This document shows, one piece after another, positions 18,701 through 27,449 of a stretch of DNA of 64,000 nt (within the stretch, counting starts at the first letter, position 1; every line of letters starts with the position of its first letter). The notes under the pieces were generated by a model that ran no database searches, was not told the origin of the DNA, and worked only from the letters and a program-made list of their open reading frames with translations. The translations under genes were made by a program, and so were the position numbers. Origin of the DNA: an uncultured bacterium (GTDB lineage Bacteria > UBP14 > UBA6098 > B30-G16); contig CBEVQY010000012.1 of assembly GCA_965552135.1 (NCBI GenBank), forward strand, positions 1 to 64,000, written 5' to 3'.

Positions 18701-20171
18701 TGTCCATCCTGTTTACGTCGCACGAAAAGGTGTAGAAGATTGGGAAGAGCTCGTTTTCAAGGCTTGCCACGTCCGACATCGAAAGCCCTCCGCCGCCAAC
18801 GTACATCCCGAACGAAAGATACGCCTGGTTCCCGTGGTCGAAGTGGTTGATGAGTGCGTAGCCTTCGCCGAGGGCTTCGACGAAGTTTTCGGCGCTCACC
18901 CAGACGTCGCCGCCGGTGCTTTCGGGATGGGAGTACATCTTCGTCACGCAGAAGATTGTGTCGAGTCCGGTTTCGGCAAGGATAGCGTTTTTGCGCAGGG
19001 CGCCCGAGTCGTCGTTGCCGTGGGTGCTTATGCTCGAGCCTATGAAAAGCAGCCGACCGAAAAACCACCCTGGATGCCCAAACCTGTATGACTCGTGCTT
19101 TTGGGAAAAGCTTTCGAGCTCGTAGGCGTTTTTCACCTCAAGCCGCGAAACGAAGATGTCGGGGTATATCTCGTCGGCGTCCTCCTCGCCGAAGTAGGCG
19201 TCATAGTCGGTGTTTAGGTTGCCGCTTAGTGCAGCGAAGTACACATCGGATGTCGACGAGCTCCAGTCGCCGGCGCGGTCGAGCGCGGTTATGTACCGTA
19301 CGGGCAGGACGGTGTAGTCCCCCACAAGCAGTGCGGCTACGATGCCCCAGTTCTCGTAGGCATCTCTGAGGAAGTTTTGCAGCTTCTCGGCTTCGTCGCA
19401 GCCGTCGTACGTGTCGACGATGTCCTCAACGCAGAAAAACCGAGTGACTACGCCGTTTCGCGTTTCGCTCAGCATCTCTTTCGCCTCTGGCAAAAGCTCC
19501 TGCGAGGTCACGACGACAAGGTCGGCCGGATCGTCGCCGGGGAGAGGGGGGAAGCTGTACCTCTCGGCGTCGCACGATGGCGTGATGGTGGTGCGATAGA
19601 GGTCAAAAAGCGGGCTTTCGCCGAAGATGGCTTTTGCGATCCTTTTGCGGACGCCGTCGGAGAAGATCGTAGCCCTTTCGGGGAACGAGTGTTTGCACGC
19701 CTCTGTCTCGATGTCGAACGAAAGCCTTTTGTGGATGATCAGCCGCCCCTCCGAGAGCTCGACAGGTTTGATCCTCACGGCTGCGAAGGCGAAGCCCATT
19801 ATCGTTCCCGTTGCCGCAAGCGATACGGGCTCGGTTTGGCTTTGCGGCGCTTTGGGAGCATTTACCTTCGCGCTTTTGTCCATCGCTGCGCCACAAACGG
19901 GCGCGGGGTTCCCGTCGACGGCTACAGTCTCCGCGACGTCGCCGATGAGCTTCACCCCCACTGCGCGCCTTCCCGGCGGAAGGAGGACAAGCTTTTGTGT
20001 AAACTCGATCCACGGCGAGCCGTCCTGGGGCGTTGTTCCGCCCCGCAGCTCGACCCTGAAGCCTGCCGGCGTTTCGACGATCGCAAAGTCGCTTTTGTCG
20101 AAGTTAGCCTCGACCACAAGCGCGGACGCCACGCCCGCGAAAAGGAGGATCGTTGCCGTCCTCAGAGCCAT
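15714..20171 (-). CDS. C25 (gingipain-like) cysteine peptidase with FN3, FG-GAP repeats and T9SS/FlgD-type CTD
   Basis: LLVGD, SDVYFA, DHG and FSC catalytic motifs; DIDGDG repeats; PNPFN...WRGED...SGIYF CTD. Confidence 0.85.
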   Translation of the reverse strand: MALRTATILLFAGVASALVVEANFDKSDFAIVETPAGFRVELRGGTTPQDGSPWIEFTQKLVLLPPGRRAVGVKLIGDVAETVAVDGNPAPVCGAAMDKSAKVNAPKAPQSQTEPVSLAATGTIMGFAFAAVRIKPVELSEGRLIIHKRLSFDIETEACKHSFPERATIFSDGVRKRIAKAIFGESPLFDLYRTTITPSCDAERYSFPPLPGDDPADLVVVTSQELLPEAKEMLSETRNGVVTRFFCVEDIVDTYDGCDEAEKLQNFLRDAYENWGIVAALLVGDYTVLPVRYITALDRAGDWSSSTSDVYFAALSGNLNTDYDAYFGEEDADEIYPDIFVSRLEVKNAYELESFSQKHESYRFGHPGWFFGRLLFIGSSISTHGNDDSGALRKNAILAETGLDTIFCVTKMYSHPESTGGDVWVSAENFVEALGEGYALINHFDHGNQAYLSFGMYVGGGGLSMSDVASLENELFPIFYTFSCDVNRMDTDNIARHWTLNPRGGGIGMFAHSNTAWSTQAYMDDFMWLTLVESRPRFSGELLVGWISRLSYHYDISILNYCGHPLTPIAPEPPREYAVSFEPEELSGRDTTISVRISPLPFDTVFVALASRQRLLASRFCTDTTVELGFTLWGEDTVWLVVYGLPVKRFAIPVASCEGGFVCWAGLSELLGDGDGIPEVGEVVRPAVDVVGAGADDTVFVGIPELGVHDEMGFLAPAGDTVELWGEPFELRGELRGASAIEILCCLASGGCDTFSATVAGPSPRLVLAEYVDADSIPAPGDTGVMLFVIQNDRVGNLIDPWLLVSADGAVVAPETTHLDDMTSGGFDSIFVVCFISDSATGLSFSLQLHSAGDTFLWTLSVSRPEPPGSIWVVPYSDRTVLCWEPPASGAAGYVVLRATNPDAVFLPQTPAPITNATYEDRNLPDADEFYYRVRCIDSLGNLGPPSAPVRAWRIFPPLEGFPVDLPIGVWPLSAPAAIDADGDGCKEIYVSDESGNICAFSCDGSELLDTSVGVDPIFSCDAADGLGFWSSIAAADIDGDGETEIVEPDRMYPGRLWVIDPWGDVEPGFPVSLPTRFIATPALADLDDDGLLEIILFGQNRRLYIVRADGAPYAADYLVDSLPECTDGFGPSSPAVGDIDGDGEPEVIVGGGTDDAYNGYIYAWNADGSRVDGFPKAVYGDPRGSPVLGNIDDDTTTAEIITYVYPRGLYAFRGDGTIVPGFPVHDTLLGPSDGIRSPALTDIDGDGRCEIVFQSNERLCVIRPDGSLLPGFPVPVGNPHWSSPLVVDVDGDGELEILAPNDTRLVAYEFGGNAVDFGFPLRGGVALAATPMVEDVDGDGRLEIAAPAFDSRLYVWKTPAASESPAPTWSHFRHDLRRTGCFPQRSPWRADAPATKPKAPRIAIFPNPFNRSCEIAVFAPLGGTIIIKDLLGRAVREFEVGEGRTKLVWRGEDDGGKPLPSGIYFVVLRAPCGSNLARRVALIK

Positions 20172-21247
20172 CCGAGCTCCCTGTATTGCTTTGCGATGGT
20201 TTCGGCGCAGCGCGCGGGGTCGTGAACCCTCTCGACCCACTCACGTCCCATCCCGCCGTAGTGCGCCCGCATATCCTCGCTTTCGACGAGCTCCGAAAGC
20301 ACCCGGACCAGACTCCGCTCGTCGGCGTTGACGAACGGGTGCCTCCCCAAGAAGCGCTCGAAGTCGGGCATGATCTGCACGACGACGGGTATGCCCATCG
20401 CCAGCGCCTCGAGGGCGCTTATCCCATAGCCAAGCTCGCCGATCTGGTCAACAAATATATCGACTTCGGCTTTCATCCGCAAGGCTTCGTGGTAGGGCAG
20501 ACCCTCTATGAGCACTATCTCCACGTTCTTGTGCCGCCTTGCGACTTCGCGCGCCGCGCGAAGTATAGCCTCCGTCCCCTTCGAGGCGCGGTTAGTGGGC
20601 GAGTGACCTATGCGGATTTTCCCGTCGTCTCTCCTGGTGCGCTGCGGCATATCGCTCACAAAGAAAGGGTAGAAGAGAAACTTCGCCCTAGGGTGTATGA
20701 GTGTGTGGTCGAACTCGAATGTGAACACAAGCTTTGATGCGCGCTCGATCTGAGGGATCACGCCGCGGCGCCTGAGGTCGTCGCCGTAGAAGATGGAGAC
20801 GAGCCTCCCGCGGCTTTCACTCCAGCGCAGGACGAACTTCCCGCTCCTAAGGAGCCCAACACCCCCATCGAGGACGATCACGTCGTAGTCGTCGAGGATT
20901 TTTGGTATGCCGCGCGAACGAAGGATTACCTCCCATATCCTGTCCCGAGCCCAGAAGAGCGCTTTGCCCCACGTTGGGGGTCGCCATGTCGGTGGGCGTT
21001 CGCTCCCGCGGTATCGGGTGTTGCCGAAGGGGGCGGTGCTTCTCGAAAGACGCCTTGCAAACGCGGGCAAGAAACCTCTCGCGAGGGGAAGCCTGAGGCT
21101 CTCCTCCTCGGGATGCCCACGCCCGGGGTCGATGAGGGTCAAAAGGTGCGATTCAAAGCCCAAAAGCCTTTCTGCCCGCACAAGCGAAAAGGGCACGCCG
21201 GCAAAATTCTCGGAAGCTATGTGCAGTACCCTAAGAGACATCAACAA
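20162..21247 (-). CDS. Glycosyltransferase (GT-B fold)
   Basis: HSPTNRASKGT; DQIGELGYGISALEALAMGIPV. Confidence 0.85.
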   Translation of the reverse strand: MLMSLRVLHIASENFAGVPFSLVRAERLLGFESHLLTLIDPGRGHPEEESLRLPLARGFLPAFARRLSRSTAPFGNTRYRGSERPPTWRPPTWGKALFWARDRIWEVILRSRGIPKILDDYDVIVLDGGVGLLRSGKFVLRWSESRGRLVSIFYGDDLRRRGVIPQIERASKLVFTFEFDHTLIHPRAKFLFYPFFVSDMPQRTRRDDGKIRIGHSPTNRASKGTEAILRAAREVARRHKNVEIVLIEGLPYHEALRMKAEVDIFVDQIGELGYGISALEALAMGIPVVVQIMPDFERFLGRHPFVNADERSLVRVLSELVESEDMRAHYGGMGREWVERVHDPARCAETIAKQYRELGWL

Positions 21248-21420
21248 AATCTATCGCGGGAAAGGCAGCTTGGGCAAATTTTTCGTTGGTTTACCTGCAA
21301 GGTTGCGTTTTGAGGTTCTCCGTGTCTCATCTAAAGGTTGCAAGCTATGAGCACATTCGACGCAATATTTGTAAGGGTCCTATGTGGTCGGCGTGCATCC
21401 GCCATCTCCTTAGGAATCAC

Positions 21421-21448
21421 TTGACTTAAGTTCTTCAAATTTTAAATT
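21421..21448 (+). promoter_or_regulatory. Putative sigma70 promoter
   Basis: TTGACT-N16-TAAATT upstream of the GAGGAGG RBS of 21485. Confidence 0.4.
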
Positions 21449-21484
21449 GTAGGGCGGCTTCGAAACTTTATTGAGGAGGTTTTC

Positions 21485-21991
21485 ATGCGCAGGGCAGCTT
21501 TGGTTTTTGTGCTTTTGGGGGGCATTGTTCTGGCGCAGGTTGTTGTTGAGAAGCAGGTGGTTGACAACGGAGGGGGTTTCAAGGAAGGCGCGGGCTTGCG
21601 GAGTTATGCGTCCATCGGTCAGGCTGTTGCGGGCATAGGGAGCAACGCAAGCTACACGAGCCAGGCGGGGTACATAACTTGGCTTGGGATAGAGCTTGAA
21701 GTCAAGCCTCAGCCTTGCTCGAGCCTCCCCGAGCGCGCCCAGATTGGACTTCCCTTCCCGAATCCGTTCAACTCCGCGTGTCAGATAAACGTCGTTTTGC
21801 CCGAGCCGGAGGACGTTGCGTTTACTGTGTACGATCTTGGTGGGCGCGTTATCTTCTCGCGGACTGTAAGGTGCAAGGCGGGAGCTTACACCCTTCGCTT
21901 CGATGCGGGGAAGCTCCCCTCGGGCGTGTATCTGTACACCGTCTCCGCCGGAGACGTCAGCGAGCGCGGAAAGCTTATGCTCGTCCGATAA
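21485..21991 (+). CDS. Small secreted protein with a T9SS type-A-like CTD
   Basis: Signal peptide; ~50-aa GGG...SIGQ...GY domain; PNPFN...LPSGVYLY CTD. Confidence 0.8.
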   Translation: MRRAALVFVLLGGIVLAQVVVEKQVVDNGGGFKEGAGLRSYASIGQAVAGIGSNASYTSQAGYITWLGIELEVKPQPCSSLPERAQIGLPFPNPFNSACQINVVLPEPEDVAFTVYDLGGRVIFSRTVRCKAGAYTLRFDAGKLPSGVYLYTVSAGDVSERGKLMLVR

Positions 21992-22093
21992 GATTTCCTG
22001 CGGAGGTCATCTTTGCGCATAGTGCCGCCCTCCGGTGGGGGTTCTATGCGTGAAGATGGCATTTAGACAGGTCACCATCGGAGGAGGTGCACT

Positions 22094-23692
22094 ATGCGCG
22101 GGTCTTTTCTTTTTGTTGTTCTTTCCTTCAGTTCTTTCCTTTTTTCTGATGTTCCCCGTCTGATTTCGTATCAGGGTCGGCTCACTTCTTCCGACGGCAC
22201 GCCCCTTGTGGGCTCGCACACGGTCACCTTCCGCCTGTACGAGAACGAGACCGACCCTCTGGGCGCCGCCGTGTGGACGGAGACCCAAAGCGTCGTTCTG
22301 AACGACGAGGGTCTCTTCAACGTCCTTTTGGGGGATGTTACGCCGTTTCCGAGCACGGTGGATTTCTCGCGGATGTATTGGTTGGGCGTTTCTGTGGACG
22401 GCGGTGGGGAGATATGCCGTTATGCGCTTGGTGCGAGTCCGTACGCGTTGAATCTTTATTCTTTGGGCGCCTCGGACGGTCAGGTGCTCAAGTGGAGTTC
22501 GTCGCAGGGCAAGTGGGTTCCCGCAAACGACGAGACTGGCGGCGTAAGCGGGAGCGGAACCACCGATTTCATCCCGAAGTGGACAAGTTCATCAGACATT
22601 GGGAACTCGAATCTGTACGTTTCACCGGGCACGCTTTATGTGGACTCTGTCGTTTCGGCAATAAACAGCGTCAGAGCGAAATACTTCATGGACAAAGATA
22701 ACGAGGACTATTTCCTCGACCCTGATGGCGTTTCGTTTGTCGGCAACCTGTGCGTAACGGATTCGCCTCTTTTCTGCGATGCCGCCCTCGATGTGAACTC
22801 GCCTTTCTGGGTGATTGCGTTCAATGTCAGCGGGGCACCATCGTTGTTCGAAGATAAGGTGTACATAAGTTGGCCAGAAGATACGGCGTTATTCATCGAC
22901 CATCCGAGGTACGCGGGGGTTGTGATAGATTCTACGACGGGGGGCACAGCCATTGTGGTCAATTACCCAGAAAACAATGGAATATCCATTTATGAGCCGG
23001 GCGATAATGGGATATATATTAACAAGACGGCAGGGAGCGGAATTGTGATAGATTCTTCCTTTTTTGAAGCGATATACATATCGGAGCCGAGCACGGGCGT
23101 TGTGGTTCACAAATCGGACCACAACGGCTACGAGGATGATTCCTGCGCGTGGTCGTCCTTCGTCTCCTACGACGCAAGCTACGACGGGTTTGTGGCGAAC
23201 AACCCGGGCAGGTACGGGGTGAATATCCATACTCCCGCATCGGACTGTTTCATCTGCGATGGTGTGCCGCATCTGTTCCGCGTCACGAACAAGTGCGAGG
23301 TCTTCGGGCACAGCTACAACCAGTACATCGTCGACGCCGAGGGGAGGGGCATTGTGGCGCCTCTGTCGGCTTCTACCGGAAGGTGGCTTGAGCACATCGG
23401 GCACGCAAAACTCCGGGATGGGGTCTGTCGCGTCGACCTCCCGAAGGAATTCGTAGAGGGAACCACCATCGACGACGAGAACCCCATGCACGTCTTCGTC
23501 ACGCCGACGTCGCCCATGGGCGACTACTGGGTCGAGAAGGGAGATACCTACTTCATCGTCCACCAGGTATCCGGCGGTCGCCCCGACGCCACGTTCGACT
23601 ACAGGGTGGTGGCGAAGGTCTGGGGTTGCGAGGGCGACAGGGTTGAGCCCGTGGACATAAGGGAGTTTGTCGATCCCCAGCCGAGGCGGTGA
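22094..23692 (+). CDS. Secreted YQG-domain fibre-like protein
   Basis: SYQGRLT; DGQVLKW and GSGTTDFIPKW fibre motifs; beta-helix-like middle; C-terminal HIGHAKL...VFVTP...FDYRVVAK domain. Confidence 0.75.
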   Translation: MRGSFLFVVLSFSSFLFSDVPRLISYQGRLTSSDGTPLVGSHTVTFRLYENETDPLGAAVWTETQSVVLNDEGLFNVLLGDVTPFPSTVDFSRMYWLGVSVDGGGEICRYALGASPYALNLYSLGASDGQVLKWSSSQGKWVPANDETGGVSGSGTTDFIPKWTSSSDIGNSNLYVSPGTLYVDSVVSAINSVRAKYFMDKDNEDYFLDPDGVSFVGNLCVTDSPLFCDAALDVNSPFWVIAFNVSGAPSLFEDKVYISWPEDTALFIDHPRYAGVVIDSTTGGTAIVVNYPENNGISIYEPGDNGIYINKTAGSGIVIDSSFFEAIYISEPSTGVVVHKSDHNGYEDDSCAWSSFVSYDASYDGFVANNPGRYGVNIHTPASDCFICDGVPHLFRVTNKCEVFGHSYNQYIVDAEGRGIVAPLSASTGRWLEHIGHAKLRDGVCRVDLPKEFVEGTTIDDENPMHVFVTPTSPMGDYWVEKGDTYFIVHQVSGGRPDATFDYRVVAKVWGCEGDRVEPVDIREFVDPQPRR

Positions 23693-23972
23693 TCAGTGTC
23701 CTGTCGTGCGCCTGTGGCAGGGTGTGGTTGGCTCGAGGCGGTGAGGCAAAAGACCGGCTTTATCCCCACCTGCTGCGCCGATGCCCCATTGCGCCGGTTG
23801 AGCGGGGAGGCGGAGCCGTTCTTTCGTCCCCCGCGTGTGATCGCTTGCCACGGGTGCCGCTGGTGCCCAACTGAGCCTCCGTTCCCGAACGCCGGCGAAA
23901 TTTAGCTTGTCAGAAAACTTATTGTAACGATAATTATAAGTCTGCGAAGGCAACTAAAGAAGGGGGTGCGAT

Positions 23973-25721
23973 ATGCTTCGCCGCGTGCTTTTGTTTGTTT
24001 TTGTGGGGTCTTTTGCGCTTTTATGGGGTGGTGCGCCCAAGCTCATCTCGTACCAGGGCAGACTCACCGACGCCTCGGGCGCGCCCATAACGGGCACGCA
24101 CGATATAACCTTCTGCATCTACAACACCGAAACCGGCGGAACCCCGCTGTGGACGGAGACGCATACATCCGTCGCGCTCAACGCGGAGGGTTTGTTTAGT
24201 GTTATGCTCGGTTCGATCGTGCCGCTTAGCCTGCCCTTCACCGAGCCGTATTGGCTTGGGATCTCCGTCGATGGCGGCTCTGAGATTTGCCGCTATCAGC
24301 TTGGTGCAAGCCCTTATACACTTAGCCTGGTCGACACCGTACACACGACCTCGGCTGGGGTGACCTTCCGCTTTACCGGCAACTCCTACGCCCAGCTTGC
24401 CGGCTTCCTCGACGGGAACTACGTTGGCGTCTACGGCTACTCCGGGTCATGGGGGGCAAATACCGGCGGGGTTGTTGGTGAGAACGAAAACGGGAATTTG
24501 GGCATTCTCGGCAACCACACTTACGCCGGCTACTTTTCCGGCACAGCCTATTCGCCCAACCCCGTTTTGTACGCGGTAAACGACGTCACAGAAAGCGACG
24601 GCAGGGGCATAAAGGGTGTTTGCGACAACTCCGACTACTACGGTATAGGCGTCGAGGGGGTTGGCGGGTACATCGGCGTGAGGGGCGAGGTCACCCCCGA
24701 GGGGTCGGATGCGTACTATGGTCTTTACGGCTACGTTGTCGGCGGCTCTGGCGCTAACTACGGCGTTTTGGGGCACGCCGACAACTCCAACGCAAGCTGC
24801 GGCGTCAGGGGGGAGGCGTTGGGCGATAACTTCAGCTACGGCGTTTACGGTTATGCCAACGGCGACGGCGCCAACTACGCCGTATACGGCACCACGCCGC
24901 GGAGCGGTCCCGACGACTGGAGTGGGTATTTTACCGGCAGGGTCTACCTCCACGGCAACGTCGGCATCGCCAGGTCGAACCCCATATCGGTCCTCGACAT
25001 TGGGAGGGACACGATAAGCATCGGCTGGGGCTTCACCTTCCAGACCCACGAGCCCAGCTTTGGCGACGAGGACTCCGTGAGGACCTTCATCCACTGCGGC
25101 TGGAGCGGCACCTACGGCGACTATCTGTACATAGGCTCCGTCGGTAACCGCTCCAACACCGACCAGGGCGCAATAATAATCTCGGAGCACAGGATACGCT
25201 TCGGCAAGGGTTCCGACGACGGGAGGGACCTAAGCGTTGAGCATGCGAGCATAAATCTCGACAACGGCTGGTTCAGCTGCAAGGTTTTGGAGATAACGGG
25301 CGGGAGTGATCTTGCCGAGCCCTTCGAGGTCACGGATCCCGAGGAGGTTAAGCCTGGGATGGTGCTTGCCATCGACCCCGAGCACCCCGGCAAGCTCAAG
25401 GTAGCCGACAGGGCGTACGATCCCTGCGTTGCCGGCGTCGTAAGCGGCGCGGGGGGCATAGAGCCGGGTATACTGCTTCGTCAGCGGGAGAGCGAAGCCG
25501 ACGGAACGGTTCCCGTTGCAATGTCGGGCAGGGTTTACGTCCTCGCCGACGCCACATACGAACCCATAGAGCCCGGCGACTTTCTGACGACTTCGAACAC
25601 ACCCGGCTATGCGATGAAGGCGACGAACCTTGAGAGGGCGCGCGGAGCGATCCTCGGCAAGGCGATGACGGGGCTTGAGTCGGGTAAGGGGCTTGTGCTT
25701 GTGCTCATAAACCTCCAGTAG
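23973..25721 (+). CDS. Secreted YQG-domain fibre-like protein with a putative intramolecular-chaperone C-terminus
   Basis: SYQGRLTD; YGVYG repeats; GNVGI; DLAEPF...GRVYV...GDFLTTS...GYAMKA resembles the G2-type chaperone domain. Confidence 0.75.
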   Translation: MLRRVLLFVFVGSFALLWGGAPKLISYQGRLTDASGAPITGTHDITFCIYNTETGGTPLWTETHTSVALNAEGLFSVMLGSIVPLSLPFTEPYWLGISVDGGSEICRYQLGASPYTLSLVDTVHTTSAGVTFRFTGNSYAQLAGFLDGNYVGVYGYSGSWGANTGGVVGENENGNLGILGNHTYAGYFSGTAYSPNPVLYAVNDVTESDGRGIKGVCDNSDYYGIGVEGVGGYIGVRGEVTPEGSDAYYGLYGYVVGGSGANYGVLGHADNSNASCGVRGEALGDNFSYGVYGYANGDGANYAVYGTTPRSGPDDWSGYFTGRVYLHGNVGIARSNPISVLDIGRDTISIGWGFTFQTHEPSFGDEDSVRTFIHCGWSGTYGDYLYIGSVGNRSNTDQGAIIISEHRIRFGKGSDDGRDLSVEHASINLDNGWFSCKVLEITGGSDLAEPFEVTDPEEVKPGMVLAIDPEHPGKLKVADRAYDPCVAGVVSGAGGIEPGILLRQRESEADGTVPVAMSGRVYVLADATYEPIEPGDFLTTSNTPGYAMKATNLERARGAILGKAMTGLESGKGLVLVLINLQ

Positions 25722-25751
25722 GGCGCTTTTCGTGCTTGCAGGAGGTGACCG

Positions 25752-27449
25752 ATGCGCTCCTTGGCTTTGGCTGCAATTGTCGCATTTGGAGCGGCTTTTG
25801 GGGCAACCCTTCCGCCGCAGAAGGTCGCATCCGCGGCGATAACTTGGGTGCGCAACATAACGGCGGACAAAATGCCCAAAGCCTCGGTGGATCACATAGA
25901 GCCCTACGTTGAGGGCGGCGATACGCTTTTCTACGTCATCCAGCTTTCCCCAAGCGGCTTCTGCGTGTGCGGCGCAAAGGACTTCGCGCTGCCCGTCTAC
26001 CTCTACAGCCCAACCATAGACGCCGATGAGCTCTTCGAAACCAGGCGCCACCTTCTCGACGAGCTTGTGGTGCAGATGAAGGAGCTTGAGCAGACCTACC
26101 TTCAGGACTCCGCCGAAATATCGGAGGAGCTTGCCATAAGGCGCATCTACTGGGACTCGCTTGCGCTTGGGTTCGTTCCCCTCTCGCTTTCGCTTGATGG
26201 GATATACACTGGTCCCGACTCGATGAGCCTTGGTAACGTGCCGATAAGCTGGGACAACCGTCAGTGGTATCCCTTCAACGACAAGTGTCCGGTTTTGCCG
26301 GCTTCGGATCATTGCGGTGAGCGCGAGACTCCCGACGGCTGCGTTGCACACTCTATGAGTGCGCTGATGCGCTACTGGGAGTGGCCTCCGTACGGCAGCG
26401 GCACGGACTCCACAACGTTCGTAAGACGATACAGCGCTGTCTGGCAGACCTGGCCCCTGAGCTTCAACCCCTTCAAGCCCGACTTCGACTCGACCGCATG
26501 CCCCTGGCGCGGGAGGCTTATGTGGTCGTCTGCGGGCGGCGGAATGCTTATGATGAAGGACTGGTGGGATAAAGGTCTTCTGGGAAGCGCTAAAAAACAG
26601 GCGGATCCCTCCCTTTCCGACGCGCAGGACTCGACCTTTAAGGCTGCCCTCGACAGCCTCTTTTGGCACAGGCTGACGAACCGCGACACCGTGCTTGCGG
26701 TGGATTTCTCTGCGGCAACGTACAACTGGGACGCCATGCCCCTCATCCGCGACTCCATCGACAGCCCGACGGAGCGGGACGCGGTGTCGACAATAGCCTT
26801 CCACGCCGGCGTGGCAGCCCATATGGGGTACACGACAACAGGGTCGGGCGCTACGGCAAATGGCGCCGAGTACGCTCTCGAAAATCATTTCTTCTATGAC
26901 TCTGACATGGACACTGTGATTCTTCCCCGCTGTACTTATGCCCCCGATACTTGTCCCTGTGCTAGCGACTGGGACACTGTCTCCGCCGACGATACCTGCG
27001 CTTGCCACGAGCCCGACACGTGCGAGGGGGCGAAGGCTGTGATGGAGGAAATTCAGTGGCTTAGACCCGTAATATATTTCCACGGTAAGCCCTTATATCA
27101 CGCCTGGGTTGTCAGCGGATATAACAGGCTGATGCTCCCCGACGAGATGCAGTTTATCGGCACCTTCTCCACACCCGTTTGGAAGACGATGGACCACATA
27201 GTTCATCACCCGTTCCTGCGCAGGATAGCGCCTGTGTATTGGGTTCGCTTTGTCGGCAGCACGACCTCAGGCGACGGAAGCCCTGGCGACCCCTACAGGA
27301 ATATCGAGGAAGCCGTTGCCGACGCCCCAAGCGGCGCAACGCTCATTTTCAAGGCGGGAACGACCAACTACTTCTCCGCCGACACCCTTTTGGTGACGAA
27401 GCACCTGATCCTCAAGGGCAGGGACGTTCGCGTGATGCGCGACCACTAA
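25752..27449 (+). CDS. C10 (streptopain-like) cysteine peptidase
   Basis: Propeptide; QWYPFNDKCP, GCVAHSMSALMRYWEWP, YNWDAMP and HAWVVSGY motifs. Confidence 0.88.
   Translation: MRSLALAAIVAFGAAFGATLPPQKVASAAITWVRNITADKMPKASVDHIEPYVEGGDTLFYVIQLSPSGFCVCGAKDFALPVYLYSPTIDADELFETRRHLLDELVVQMKELEQTYLQDSAEISEELAIRRIYWDSLALGFVPLSLSLDGIYTGPDSMSLGNVPISWDNRQWYPFNDKCPVLPASDHCGERETPDGCVAHSMSALMRYWEWPPYGSGTDSTTFVRRYSAVWQTWPLSFNPFKPDFDSTACPWRGRLMWSSAGGGMLMMKDWWDKGLLGSAKKQADPSLSDAQDSTFKAALDSLFWHRLTNRDTVLAVDFSAATYNWDAMPLIRDSIDSPTERDAVSTIAFHAGVAAHMGYTTTGSGATANGAEYALENHFFYDSDMDTVILPRCTYAPDTCPCASDWDTVSADDTCACHEPDTCEGAKAVMEEIQWLRPVIYFHGKPLYHAWVVSGYNRLMLPDEMQFIGTFSTPVWKTMDHIVHHPFLRRIAPVYWVRFVGSTTSGDGSPGDPYRNIEEAVADAPSGATLIFKAGTTNYFSADTLLVTKHLILKGRDVRVMRDH

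Noticed and set aside
23693..23960. Possible riboswitch between the two fibre genes
   Set aside because: Only imperfect GC-rich pairing and no recognisable aptamer consensus.
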